Translations under genes and position numbers: made by a program
The notes under the pieces: generated by a model
What the model saw: the letters and a program-made list of their open reading frames with translations, nothing else
What the model was told of the DNA's origin: nothing
The model's database searches: none
Shown: one piece after another, positions 17,855-27,940 of the stretch
How the letters are laid out: each line of letters opens with the position of its first letter
Numbering within the stretch: the first letter of the stretch is position 1
Assembly (NCBI GenBank): GCA_030039895.1
Contig: JASHUR010000332.1
Coordinates: 1-37,914 of the forward strand
DNA: 37,914 nucleotides
DNA from: Acidobacteriaceae bacterium
Lineage (GTDB): Bacteria > Acidobacteriota > Terriglobia > Terriglobales > Acidobacteriaceae
Direction of reading: 5' to 3'

Positions 17855-18514
17855 TCACCGGTTTGCCCAGATCGCAAGGGCGTGGCCGCCGAAGCGATCA
17901 AAATCATGCAGCTTCACGAGCCAGTCAAGAGCATCGACTACCGATTTGTATACGGGCTTGTAATAGACAATTCTGATGGCACGAGGCTTGTCCTCCAGCG
18001 AATGCCTGATATTCTCCAATGTGTCCTGGAGCGTCTGCGAGCCAAAAGGATTAAACAGGAAAAAGATGGTTCCCTCTGACAGATCCGCAGTTGTGGCATC
18101 GCTGCACATGATCTCGATGGGAGCTTTTCGCCCCCTCAGAGTTTTTCCGTTCTGGCGCGCGATCTCGCACAGTGGCTCGAACAATTCCACGCCGATACAC
18201 TTTCGCAAGGGCTTCCGGGCGGCGACACAGAGGATTCCGCCCATTCCGCAACCAATGTCGCAAAACACGTCGTCGGAGCCCGGTTCCACCAATCGCAAAA
18301 TTCGTCTCATACTCCGGTAACCCGCCGGCACGTAGGACAAGTTGTCCCAGTATCGTGCATTGCTGGAGAACTCGCCCTTACCCGGCTCCTGAGGGTCACC
18401 TATGGAGCAACTAACCAAACCGTTAGGCTGTGTATGAATTCCCAATGCAAAATCGTTCACACTCGTCCATGCTCTGACAAGGAATAGTGCTGGATGCTGG
18501 AGGATTGGCTTCAT
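17855..18514 (-). CDS. Class I SAM-dependent methyltransferase
   Basis: FCDIGCGMG, GVE, DAT and FLFNPF motifs. Confidence 0.85.
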   Translation of the reverse strand: MKPILQHPALFLVRAWTSVNDFALGIHTQPNGLVSCSIGDPQEPGKGEFSSNARYWDNLSYVPAGYRSMRRILRLVEPGSDDVFCDIGCGMGGILCVAARKPLRKCIGVELFEPLCEIARQNGKTLRGRKAPIEIMCSDATTADLSEGTIFFLFNPFGSQTLQDTLENIRHSLEDKPRAIRIVYYKPVYKSVVDALDWLVKLHDFDRFGGHALAIWANR

Positions 18515-18639
18515 GATCTAGTCTTCAGAAGGCGTATTCCTTAACGGACTGGTTTGAGAGAATCATTCAGCTTCGTCCTAGTCTTCGCGGTAGAAGCCTG
18601 GAAATCGGCTTGATTAATTCTCCCAAGGCCGACTCAAGG

Positions 18640-19449
18640 CTACATCCCGAACCGTTTCAGGCCCGCCCGTTCCAGCAGGATGTAAGTAATGAACTGCGAG
18701 TTATAGACCAGATATCGCTTCCAGAGGCGCCGCGGTTCACTCGCAAATCGAAACAGCCATTCCCATCCATGCTCACGCATCCATCGCGGCGCCTGAGGAG
18801 TGACGCCGGCGTGGAGATTGAAGGCTTGTCCCACAGCCGCCAACACTGGTACATCTAGCCTGCTTCGGTGTTCAAACGCCCATTTCTCCTGTTTCGGACA
18901 GCCCAGACCAATCCAGAGAACGTCCGGACGCGCTGCATTGATCATCTCCACAACGTCTTCATCTTCCGCGGCAGACAAAGGGCGAAATGGTGGAGAATAC
19001 GTACCAACGATATTGATTCCTGGGAACCTGTCCTTCATTACGGCGGCAAGACGCTCCGGAACTCCTGGCGCGGCTCCGTACAGGAAATGGCGGTACCCTT
19101 TATCTGCGGTGACGGTGCAGAAATCGTTCATCAGATCGGGGCCATATACACGGCGCTTCAGTGGGAAGCCTTGCGAGCGCCCCAGCCACACTAAAGGCTT
19201 GCCGTCGGGTACATTCAGCACGTCTTGACTTTTCAAGATAGCTCGGAAGTGGTCATCGCGCTGAGCTTCCATTACTACGTGCACATTAGCGAAAGTGATG
19301 CAGTGCCCGTAATCGTGGGCTAGAATCCAGGCTTCCATCTGAGCGATAAGATCGGGAATCTGCAGACCTCCCAGGCGTATGCCAAGCACAGCGTAGAACG
19401 CTATGGAGCCAGGAGTAGCAGTTCGTTTTCTCGGCAATGGATTGTCCAT
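18640..19449 (-). CDS. WecB/TagA/CpsF family glycosyltransferase (GT26)
   Basis: PDGKPLVW, RVYGPDLM, GLGCPKQE, AP.WM...G.EWLFR...EPRRLWKRY. Confidence 0.95.
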   Translation of the reverse strand: MDNPLPRKRTATPGSIAFYAVLGIRLGGLQIPDLIAQMEAWILAHDYGHCITFANVHVVMEAQRDDHFRAILKSQDVLNVPDGKPLVWLGRSQGFPLKRRVYGPDLMNDFCTVTADKGYRHFLYGAAPGVPERLAAVMKDRFPGINIVGTYSPPFRPLSAAEDEDVVEMINAARPDVLWIGLGCPKQEKWAFEHRSRLDVPVLAAVGQAFNLHAGVTPQAPRWMREHGWEWLFRFASEPRRLWKRYLVYNSQFITYILLERAGLKRFGM

Positions 19450-19592
19450 CCGCTTGTTCTCTCAGTGTGCAGAGTTTAAAGAGATTGAGTTTGTGATGAG
19501 TGTCGGTCCGGCTGAAATCATAAGAGCCTGTTTCGTATCAGTCAGCCCGATTCCCGATGCTGCAAATTTCACCAGGAACTTCAGCAACGCTC

Positions 19593-20327
19593 CTAAGCCA
19601 CATCGCAGTTCATTACCCCAACCGTCCGGCTCCTGTGACTATACAAATGACTGTATAAATACGCGAACACTCGTTCGACGTTTCGCCATTCACCCATTTC
19701 CTCGATCTCCCACGAATGCCCCCAAAGATGAAATACACCGCCCTTATCCGCGACATAGTCGATCAGCGACTCAGCCGTCGCCACCCAATCATCTGTCTTA
19801 TATCTCAAAAATCTTACGAGATTACCTAGACGAAGCCGTTTTGCGCTATTGCGCACAATCGGCATGGGTCTAAGCGGAATCGTTTGGAGACTCGTGGGCA
19901 GAACTGATAAACCATGCCAGATCCGTGGCCGGCTGATTGAAAATAGTTCGACAGTGCGGACCACGCAGAATCCCGAATCACATGCTTGAGTCAGATGTAT
20001 GCGATTAAACCGCCCTTTAGGAAAGCAGAACGCATTGCAGCGGCGCCCAATAATCTGTTCAAGAGCGTGCTTTGATTCTCGAATTTCTCGCTCGGCTTGG
20101 TCGTCACTTACAGAGGTTAAATCACAGTGAGTGAGAGTGTGTGCCCCGATTTCAAAACGATCACTCAGTTCGCGAATCTGCGCCTTTGTCAATACCGGCC
20201 TCTCGTTTGCAAGGGGAACATAAAACGTCGCGGGAAGCTCGTATTTGTGCAGTAGCTCTGCAAGCCGCAGATCGAGCGGATGACCGTCATCCCAGCTTGT
20301 TGTCACAAGTGATCGAGTGTGTCGCAT
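19593..20327 (-). CDS. Polysaccharide deacetylase (CE4/NodB)
   Basis: TTSWDDG, ATFY, EIGAHTLTH, FCFPKG and HLWGHSWE motifs. The ATG 20327 start overlaps the upstream gene by 41 bp. Confidence 0.9.
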   Translation of the reverse strand: MRHTRSLVTTSWDDGHPLDLRLAELLHKYELPATFYVPLANERPVLTKAQIRELSDRFEIGAHTLTHCDLTSVSDDQAEREIRESKHALEQIIGRRCNAFCFPKGRFNRIHLTQACDSGFCVVRTVELFSISRPRIWHGLSVLPTSLQTIPLRPMPIVRNSAKRLRLGNLVRFLRYKTDDWVATAESLIDYVADKGGVFHLWGHSWEIEEMGEWRNVERVFAYLYSHLYSHRSRTVGVMNCDVA

Positions 20328-21531
20328 ATTCGGTAAGCGTTCTTGTCCTTCCCGACGACCGCACATGGCCGGGCTTGGCAACCAACTCCTCGTAAATCGA
20401 ATAAAGAGCGCGGTAAGTGCATTGGCCCGAGTACTTTTGCTCAAAGCTCAGGCGCGCTGCTGCGCCCATCTGTCCAACCGTCTCAGTATCACTAAATACT
20501 CCGCGAATTCGTTCAGCAAGTTGTGCCGCGGAACCCGGCTCAAAATGCAGACCGTTCACCGTGTCTTCAACAATCTCAGCTGCGGCTCCGCACCGACTCG
20601 TTATAACGGGCAGTCCAATACTGAAAGCCTCGGCAATACTCATAGGGAAGTTTTCGTAAGCCAGACTCGGAAAGACGAAGAGTTTGGCGGACCTCATTAA
20701 CTCTATGACCTTGTTGCGTGAGAGCGGTCCTAGATACTGTATGTTGCGAAGTGTGCTAGCCGCGTCACGGACCTCACTCTGTAATGGACCATCGCCCGCG
20801 ATTACGATAGGGATATCCGGGATGAATGCTGCTGCTTGCAGCAGCACTCGGACTCCTTTATCTACTTCCAGCCTCCCCGCAAAGAAGCAGAAAGACCCCG
20901 CTTCGGATTTTTCTCCCGGGTCGGGATAAACGCAATTCGGCTTGACTACGATCTTCCCTTCCGGAATCCCTGCCAGGACGTGCTTGGTGCGCGCAAATTG
21001 CGACAACGCTATATATTTCGACACTCGATCCGCGAAGGTCCCTAGGTGTCGATGTAAGCTCAATGAGAATGCTAACCCTGCGCTCCGGATCCTGGACTGC
21101 TGAAAGCACGCACGAACAATTCCGTGACCCTGCTTGAGTCGCCTTGTCAGGCAGAGCTCACATGGCGCTCCGTTAAGGCTATGGCGAGCATTCAGGCATC
21201 CAATGCGATAGTTATGTAGGGTTTGTACCACCGGAACACCTAGTTGCCAGCATAGCCAATAGACCGACGGTGAAATACGGTAGTGGATGTTGTGGCAGTG
21301 GACAACGTCCGGCTTAAACTTCTCAATGGCCTCACGAAGACGTTGATCCGATCGGAATGACCAGATTGGTTCCAGAGCGTCCAAAATTCCGAAAGGTGAG
21401 TCATTGGATTCAAAGTACTCTTCTACCAGATGCCCGAACGCCCGAAGTAGATCACACTCCGTAGAGACAACTGTATCCTCCCCACCTCTGAAACGGTAGC
21501 GGTTATGGACGATTAGGATTCTAAGAGCCAT
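20287..21531 (-). CDS. Glycosyltransferase family 4
   Basis: HNRY...GGED, VQTLHNYR, GRL...KG and YENFPMSIAEA (EX7E). Confidence 0.93.
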   Translation of the reverse strand: MALRILIVHNRYRFRGGEDTVVSTECDLLRAFGHLVEEYFESNDSPFGILDALEPIWSFRSDQRLREAIEKFKPDVVHCHNIHYRISPSVYWLCWQLGVPVVQTLHNYRIGCLNARHSLNGAPCELCLTRRLKQGHGIVRACFQQSRIRSAGLAFSLSLHRHLGTFADRVSKYIALSQFARTKHVLAGIPEGKIVVKPNCVYPDPGEKSEAGSFCFFAGRLEVDKGVRVLLQAAAFIPDIPIVIAGDGPLQSEVRDAASTLRNIQYLGPLSRNKVIELMRSAKLFVFPSLAYENFPMSIAEAFSIGLPVITSRCGAAAEIVEDTVNGLHFEPGSAAQLAERIRGVFSDTETVGQMGAAARLSFEQKYSGQCTYRALYSIYEELVAKPGHVRSSGRTRTLTEYATHSITCDNKLG

Positions 21532-22687
21532 GGAGCGCTGCTACTTTTGTTTTTTCGTCGGTCTGCGCTGCTGCTGTCTGTGAAGCAGATCTTCCGAGGG
21601 TTTTCATGACGGCGCTTACAATTGCATCGCCAACTTCAATGCTCGTCGTAAGGCGAGACACGTCACCGCCTGGCAATTTGCCCGTAATAGCTTTGCGGAG
21701 ACCATTCACAAATTGCGTGTGATCTGCAGGGTCGAAGATGCTTTCGGAGTCGAATAACTCCTGCGCGCAACCAGCGTAACAGGAGCATAAGACAGGCAAA
21801 CCGCAAAGTATCGCTTCGTTCGCAACGAGGCCCCAGACGTCTCTTAAGGTGGGAAAGACTAAAGCATCACAACTGTTATAAAAAGATGACAACGCGTGTG
21901 CGTGTTGCGCTGGATAGAAGTGAACATTCTTCAGGGCAAGTCTGGATGCCATGCTTTCGAGATCATTCCGATCGGGCCCGTCGCCAACAAGTACAAGGGA
22001 GAAGATCAATCCTTCTTGCTGCAACTGCGCCGCCGAGTTCAATAACTCCGCGACCCCCTTTCGAGCGATCATTTGACCAACGTGTAAAAGAACCGGTTTC
22101 GGCTCGATGTCCAAAGCGGGAACACTGTGAAAAGCATACAAACGCTCATCCACACAGTTCTGCACCTGCAATATCCTTTCGCGTGCAATCCCCAAGCTCA
22201 ACAGATACTCAGTAGAAGTCTGGCCGTAGCTGATCCACTGTTTGACCCAGCCGGCAAAGCATCTGCGTAACGCTTTCTTTACCCATCCGGCATAGCATTC
22301 AGTGTGTAACGTACCACCCCACCAGATCCACACGGGCTTTCCGAAAACCGCACCGTAGGCAGCTGCTACTAGACTTCGAAAACCCATCTCAAGGCTAATA
22401 ACCGCGTCTGGACGTAATCGCAGCAATTCGGAAATGTAAGCCAGTTCAATGTGGAGGAAACGAGAGTCGAAGGGCCGCCCGTTGATGCGCTCCGTCCATT
22501 GGAACTGCCACCCTCTGACCCGCCGCACCTCGGCGCCCTGCACCCTGGGACTCTCCCATGAACGGCGATTGTGCTCCATTGCGCCGTGCAGAATGTGAAC
22601 ATCAAATGCTGTCGCTAGATGTTCATAGAGTCGAATGCGGGTGGGTGCAACTAAGTTAACCAGGATTGCGAGAGTTGGCTTTGACAT
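21521..22687 (-). CDS. Glycosyltransferase family 4
   Basis: VGQMIARKG, VGDGP and FPTLRDVWGLVANEA. Confidence 0.92.
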   Translation of the reverse strand: MSKPTLAILVNLVAPTRIRLYEHLATAFDVHILHGAMEHNRRSWESPRVQGAEVRRVRGWQFQWTERINGRPFDSRFLHIELAYISELLRLRPDAVISLEMGFRSLVAAAYGAVFGKPVWIWWGGTLHTECYAGWVKKALRRCFAGWVKQWISYGQTSTEYLLSLGIARERILQVQNCVDERLYAFHSVPALDIEPKPVLLHVGQMIARKGVAELLNSAAQLQQEGLIFSLVLVGDGPDRNDLESMASRLALKNVHFYPAQHAHALSSFYNSCDALVFPTLRDVWGLVANEAILCGLPVLCSCYAGCAQELFDSESIFDPADHTQFVNGLRKAITGKLPGGDVSRLTTSIEVGDAIVSAVMKTLGRSASQTAAAQTDEKTKVAALHGS

Positions 22688-22853
22688 GGATTTGAGCTAG
22701 CGCTGAGAACTCACTGGTAGTGGTGCATATCACTCTTTCAGTAACGTTAGTCAGGTAAGAAAGGAGAGCGAGGATGTAGAAATCCCTGGCCGCATTGAAA
22801 AGCTGCCGGTCAGCGGTTCGATGTGAAAGTCGACATTGATGTTAGCTTCGACG

Positions 22854-24137
22854 TCAAGTTGTGGCCTCTCTGCTTTGAGCTTTTGCCCCAACGTTATACG
22901 CGGCTCGACCAAGGCTCTGAAGCGAATCAAGATCGTTATTCATTACAACGTTGCAAACCTCAGCAAGAAGTTGAGCAACTTTGCGAGGGTTATACTGCTT
23001 CATTGTTTCTAAGGACCGTGCGCCATATGCCCGCACCATCGCCGGATCCTGGATCGCGCGGAACATGCACTCAGCCAATTCATGCGGATCGAACGGGTCG
23101 AAAAGCCATCCGCACGAACCGTCCTGAACCACCTCGCGCGCGCCTGCATTGGCCGAACACAGCACCATCTTGCCAAACGCCATTGCCTCCAGCACCACCA
23201 TTGCCCAGATGTCTTCTAGGGTCGGCAGCACGAATACGTCACATGCGTTGAAATAGGCGCCGAGATCTTCATAGCGGACCTCTCCTGCAAGAACAACGAA
23301 GTTGGCAAGATTATTTACAGCGATGAATGACTCAAGCTCGGCACGTAGCTCACCCTCACCCACTATGATTAGAGAGAACTGGACGTTCCGGTTTCGAAGT
23401 TCTGTCGCCGCTTCAAGGAGTTGGCGCACGCCCTTTCTTTCCGAAAGGCTACCAACAAAGAGGAAAACGGGATGCCCTTTAGTGTGCATGTTGGGAATGG
23501 TGCTACTGCCTGCGCAGAGAGTAGCGACGTCAGGTACCAGATATGGTTCCTGTACGATCTTTGTCTGGGCGATGCCGAGAATAGTTCTGAAGTATTGAGC
23601 ACTTTCACGAGTGTTGCAGATGCACGCTTCCATGCGCCTGCCCATCAGGCGTCGGATTGCCAGCCGAAATGACTGCTTGAGGCAGGCTATGCTCGGCGAA
23701 ATGCCATCGCATAGGAGAATTACCCGTGCACCGATGAGCTTCTTCGCTAATAAAGCATAGAGCGTCAATAGACCAAACTGTTCTGTGACAATCACCCTTG
23801 GCCGAATCCGTATCAGTTGCCACATGATAGAAAACGGGGGTATGAAGGTTAGCTGTCTATCGTAGCCATTAGGATGTCTTTTCAGGACGAGCGTCTTGGC
23901 GCCACGCAGAATGTGCAGTTGCATGTCACCGGCACTGTCGGCGCCTGGACCAGGTAATGCGCCAGTAAAAAGCACTGAATGCGGAAACAGCCGGGCGAAT
24001 TCTCGAAGGGTTGGCAACCAATAATAGCCTCGATCAAGCGTAGGAAACACCCATGCGACTCTGGCAGGGTTAACTTGCAAGATTGGTACATCCGCAGCTT
24101 TTGCTGGGGTCTTGGCTTTTACAATGTTCAGGGTCAT
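22854..24137 (-). CDS. Glycosyltransferase family 4
   Basis: FVGSLSERKG and LPTLEDIWAMVVLEAMA. ATG 24137 overlaps the upstream TGA (ATGA). Confidence 0.92.
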   Translation of the reverse strand: MTLNIVKAKTPAKAADVPILQVNPARVAWVFPTLDRGYYWLPTLREFARLFPHSVLFTGALPGPGADSAGDMQLHILRGAKTLVLKRHPNGYDRQLTFIPPFSIMWQLIRIRPRVIVTEQFGLLTLYALLAKKLIGARVILLCDGISPSIACLKQSFRLAIRRLMGRRMEACICNTRESAQYFRTILGIAQTKIVQEPYLVPDVATLCAGSSTIPNMHTKGHPVFLFVGSLSERKGVRQLLEAATELRNRNVQFSLIIVGEGELRAELESFIAVNNLANFVVLAGEVRYEDLGAYFNACDVFVLPTLEDIWAMVVLEAMAFGKMVLCSANAGAREVVQDGSCGWLFDPFDPHELAECMFRAIQDPAMVRAYGARSLETMKQYNPRKVAQLLAEVCNVVMNNDLDSLQSLGRAAYNVGAKAQSREATT

Positions 24138-25000
24138 AGATAGGGCCTTGATTCGGGCCAAAGCCCAACTGTCAGCATTCGCAGGTACGGTGATATCCAA
24201 AAGAAAGGCCAGAATGGACCGGCATGACGTCGAGCAAAGGTCATCCATTCCTTTAGGGGCAAGCCTTTAACGTGTCGAATCTGTCTCCAGCGATAGAACA
24301 GAGAGCGTGTTGAATCCTCCCATGTTCCTTTGACTGGATTTAATGAACATGTCCCAAAGTATCCGGGCGCCACCCATGTCGAGAAACCTGCTGTTCGCGC
24401 CCTGAGGCCATAGTCAAAATCACCCATCGCGTGCGTGAAATCTGGGCTGATGTTACCGACAACACTTGCTGTCTCACGCGAGATCAGAACACAGTTTCCG
24501 TTCATAGTGTCACACCGCTGCGACGCTGAATTAGGCTCAATCATCGAAAACCTTAGGCGGCGGAGGTGGCTGGCGCGAACCACTCCCCCGTACGTCAATT
24601 GGCCATTATTGGGATCGTGTATTGAGCCAACTACAATCGGGCTGTGCTTTATTTGCGCGAGCAATTGCTCATGCGTGGCTAAAAGGCGAGCGATGGCGTC
24701 TGGAACTAAGCACGTATCATCGTTCACCCAAAGGTAGAAATCAAAGTCTTTCTTTAGCGCCTCGCCAAAACCTCGACGCATCCCGCCATTCCAGTACAAA
24801 TTACCGTCGCCCCTCAGAAGCACAACCTCGGGGAACATCACTATCACCGCCTCCGGAGTACCGTCCTGGCTGGCATCATCGGTCAGAAAGACGGTGAGCT
24901 GCACGTCTGTCGGCAGTGGCTGCTTCCGCAGCGCAGCCAAACAATGCAGCGTCTCTTCCTTGCGATTAAAGGATGTCAAGACCACAGCAATTCGTCGCAT
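24134..25000 (-). CDS. Glycosyltransferase family 2
   Basis: TSFNRK, DDASQDGT, GNLYWNGGM, WVNDD, NGNCVL and GDFDYG. Confidence 0.93.
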   Translation of the reverse strand: MRRIAVVLTSFNRKEETLHCLAALRKQPLPTDVQLTVFLTDDASQDGTPEAVIVMFPEVVLLRGDGNLYWNGGMRRGFGEALKKDFDFYLWVNDDTCLVPDAIARLLATHEQLLAQIKHSPIVVGSIHDPNNGQLTYGGVVRASHLRRLRFSMIEPNSASQRCDTMNGNCVLISRETASVVGNISPDFTHAMGDFDYGLRARTAGFSTWVAPGYFGTCSLNPVKGTWEDSTRSLFYRWRQIRHVKGLPLKEWMTFARRHAGPFWPFFWISPYLRMLTVGLWPESRPYL

Positions 25001-25057
25001 AAGAGTTTCTGGTATTCCGGTACGCTTCGAGAAGTAACTCTTTGAAGCTTGAAATTC

Positions 25058-26569
25058 TCAGACCGACACGGTCTGCCTCACCGGCAGAAGACGACTGACG
25101 GAAGGCGGGAGTGACCGCTTCAAAGCCTGAAGTCCCGCAATTCCATCCCGACCAAGCGTCATCGCCGGTCTTAGAAATACGAGCGCCGCAACAGGCAGCA
25201 GCGCAATGACTGTGACTGCGAATAGCCTCACGGGCATGGGCAGACCGAGGCGTCCAAGCGCTGCGTCAGCTGCATACGTAACGAATCCTGCTACAGCACA
25301 GGGCAACAGTGGCCGCAATAACGTTCCCAGGAAATCGGCCCATCGCACTTCCAGGAGGCGAAGCGCATAACGAGTCACTAAGGCAAAACGAAACAGATAG
25401 ACCAGGACTACCGACCAGGCAACAGCGGCGGTGGAGTGCCTCGCGGCAATACCATACGCTGCGATTGCTAGAACCGACGTTACCCCCTGTGCGCGCAGTT
25501 CATATTGCACTTTGCCCATTCCCCACAGTAGCGGCCCGCCTATTCCAACCAATAAGTAAAGCGGCATCGCTATTGCCAGCGGCCTTAGCAAGACTATGGC
25601 TCCAGCCCATTTGGAACCATACAGACCAATAATGACCGTAGGGGCCGCAATTCCAACGATTGCAAACAGCGGCAACATGGAAGTTGCGACCAAAGCGGTC
25701 GCCCCCAGATAAGCTCGCCGAAGAACACCGAGGTTATCCTGCGCACGCGAAGACGCCGGAAACAGCACCTGCTGGAGGCCGCACACCATAGCAAAGGGTG
25801 TGGCGGCCAGATTGTAAGCACGAGAGTAAAGGCCCAGCTGTACGGTTCCGAGTGCTCGTCCAATAAAGGCGTTGTCAAGATTAAGAATTGCCCAGTTCAC
25901 AATGTTTGTGCATATAACATTCGTTCCAAACTTCGTGATCGCGGCGCGATCGCGGCAACGCAAGGAGACTGACAAGCTGTGTGGCGCCGCCCTGAACAGC
26001 AGTACACTATTGACCGCCGCTTGACCAAGTTGTGCGAACACCAGGGCCCACACACCGAACTGAAGATAGGCCAGTGGAATTCCGAGCCCCAGATAACCGG
26101 CAAGGTAGGAGGCAACTTGAGCAGTCTGTATCGGGCGGAACTGCAAGTTCCGTCTTAAGATGGAACACGCGGTCTGACCCAGGGCCTGAATCGGAAAGAC
26201 CAGCGCCAGCGTGCGAACGACGGGAGTGATTTCCTCGCTGCGGAATGCAACGGCCAGGGCAGGTGCTAAGAGAATGCAGATCAGTGCCAAGACGCATCCT
26301 GCTCCTAACTGAGCAGTAAATGAAAAGCGTATATCCTCATCCAAAAGCAGGGACTTCTGTACTACTGCGGACCCAAACCCAAAATCCGCGAGCAAGTTGC
26401 AGAAACCGATGACCAGCGTTGCAATTGCCGCGATGCCGAAGGGCTTGGGGCCTAACAGGCGCGCCAGCACAATACCGATCAGCAGCCCGGAACCGGAGCG
26501 TGCAGCCATGCCGACGTAGCTCCACTTTAGGGCGGTAAGTGCCTTTGAAGTGTCAACTGTGGCAGGCAT
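25058..26569 (-). CDS. wzx: Wzx-type polysaccharide flippase (WzxC-like)
   Basis: LARLLGP..FG, DFGFGSAVVQ, GVWALV and LG...LGLYSRAY motifs; many TM helices. The start may extend to 26641. Confidence 0.9.
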   Translation of the reverse strand: MPATVDTSKALTALKWSYVGMAARSGSGLLIGIVLARLLGPKPFGIAAIATLVIGFCNLLADFGFGSAVVQKSLLLDEDIRFSFTAQLGAGCVLALICILLAPALAVAFRSEEITPVVRTLALVFPIQALGQTACSILRRNLQFRPIQTAQVASYLAGYLGLGIPLAYLQFGVWALVFAQLGQAAVNSVLLFRAAPHSLSVSLRCRDRAAITKFGTNVICTNIVNWAILNLDNAFIGRALGTVQLGLYSRAYNLAATPFAMVCGLQQVLFPASSRAQDNLGVLRRAYLGATALVATSMLPLFAIVGIAAPTVIIGLYGSKWAGAIVLLRPLAIAMPLYLLVGIGGPLLWGMGKVQYELRAQGVTSVLAIAAYGIAARHSTAAVAWSVVLVYLFRFALVTRYALRLLEVRWADFLGTLLRPLLPCAVAGFVTYAADAALGRLGLPMPVRLFAVTVIALLPVAALVFLRPAMTLGRDGIAGLQALKRSLPPSVSRLLPVRQTVSV

Positions 26570-26709
26570 CAGGATTATTCGCTTCTTGTCTAACGTGATC
26601 GGTGGGAGGAACCAAAGAAGTATGCGCTTGCATGCTGACAATCGGCACTTATTTGCTGGGATGCGCCAAAAGAATCGGGACGCAAGACATTGCCCGTCGT
26701 CAAATGTCT

Positions 26710-27852
26710 TTAACTCTCTTCACGATTCACCAACTCAGCAATCTCTGGCTCGCCGTCCTGAAGTACATAGTCGTCAGGGCAGGTCGGTAATACACCGTAG
26801 CGAATGAGATCCGTACACGACTGAGCAAAGAGAGAGTGTTGGCGAAGCATTTCGAGGAATTCCGCCGACAAAGGCCTACCAGTGTATCGAACAAACGCAC
26901 GTGAATATCTTGCCATTTCTGGCTCGGCTCGCACTGTCCGAATATTTCGGGCAGTCTCTCCGCATTTCTCATCGCGCGTCTGCTCTTCATCTCCCCACAG
27001 CGTCAAAAAAGAAGAAAGTTCGACAGCATGCTCTCCCGGCCATATATAGGCCGCAGATCCCAGCCAAATGGCCGCGAGACTAAAGCTCGATAACGACGGA
27101 ACGATGCAATCGCACTGTGATAGAAGCAAAAGATCACTGACGTCGGTCATATCTTGGTCGAAGGTAGTGATAGGCTGGACCGCGTCTATGATTAATTCAC
27201 ATTCTGCCCTCGGGGCATCAGTTACGAGCACAAACTCTGGATCAAGAGCGGCTTTCAACTCACAGCAAATCTCGATATACCAGGAAAGAGGAAGCCGCCG
27301 GTTCCAGCGACCTTGACCATCACCAGGGTAAAACGTTCCCTTAAAATCACCCGACCGGTAGTGAATGCCGACACGCACGCGTCGACTGCGTCCAGCCGCC
27401 GGCATTTTCGCCATTATGTTTGTGAGTGTGCTTGCGCTTCGATAAAGCTGGCTCAGCAAGAAAGGGCGACTCCGGTCCAGCGCGCCAAGTCCACCCCACA
27501 TACCCTCCAGAAGGAATACGACCGGCACGAATCGCGGCAAACGCAAGCTATGAACCCAGTTCGCAAAAGCTTGACCGAAGTCAGGATCATAGTTCGCGCG
27601 ATAAGCCCGCTCATTGAAAGTAATTACAACGGGATAAATTAATTCGAGGAGTCGATAGGCAGCAAAGTCCAGCCGCGAAGTTCCGAAGTGCCGCCAATAC
27701 CTGCGTGGGTTCATGCCCCATGCGGGATGAAGGCAGTGCCCATCAATCGCGTGAGCGGCAAGACAGGCTTTGGCCCATGGTATAAGCTCGTTCGCCAACC
27801 CTGCACCGCGTCCCACAGCCTTGGGGACACAGAAAAAACGAGACCGGCTCAT
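26710..27852 (-). CDS. Putative fucosyltransferase-fold glycosyltransferase (GT11/GT23-like)
   Basis: GAGLANEL, GIHYRSGDF (HxRxGD), LVTD and DLLLLSQCD.I....SSFS motifs. Confidence 0.6.
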   Translation of the reverse strand: MSRSRFFCVPKAVGRGAGLANELIPWAKACLAAHAIDGHCLHPAWGMNPRRYWRHFGTSRLDFAAYRLLELIYPVVITFNERAYRANYDPDFGQAFANWVHSLRLPRFVPVVFLLEGMWGGLGALDRSRPFLLSQLYRSASTLTNIMAKMPAAGRSRRVRVGIHYRSGDFKGTFYPGDGQGRWNRRLPLSWYIEICCELKAALDPEFVLVTDAPRAECELIIDAVQPITTFDQDMTDVSDLLLLSQCDCIVPSLSSFSLAAIWLGSAAYIWPGEHAVELSSFLTLWGDEEQTRDEKCGETARNIRTVRAEPEMARYSRAFVRYTGRPLSAEFLEMLRQHSLFAQSCTDLIRYGVLPTCPDDYVLQDGEPEIAELVNREES

Positions 27853-27940
27853 AATCTCACTTCACCATGGAGATTACCGAGTGACCTTTGGTCTACTAGG
27901 CCCGAGGCGCGAAATAAAGCTAAGGTGTTTATGGAAAGGC

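Noticed and set aside
19637-19660. 12-bp imperfect duplication encoding LYSH-LYSH
   Set aside because: A two-copy in-frame micro-duplication near the C-terminus; no evidence of a contingency locus.
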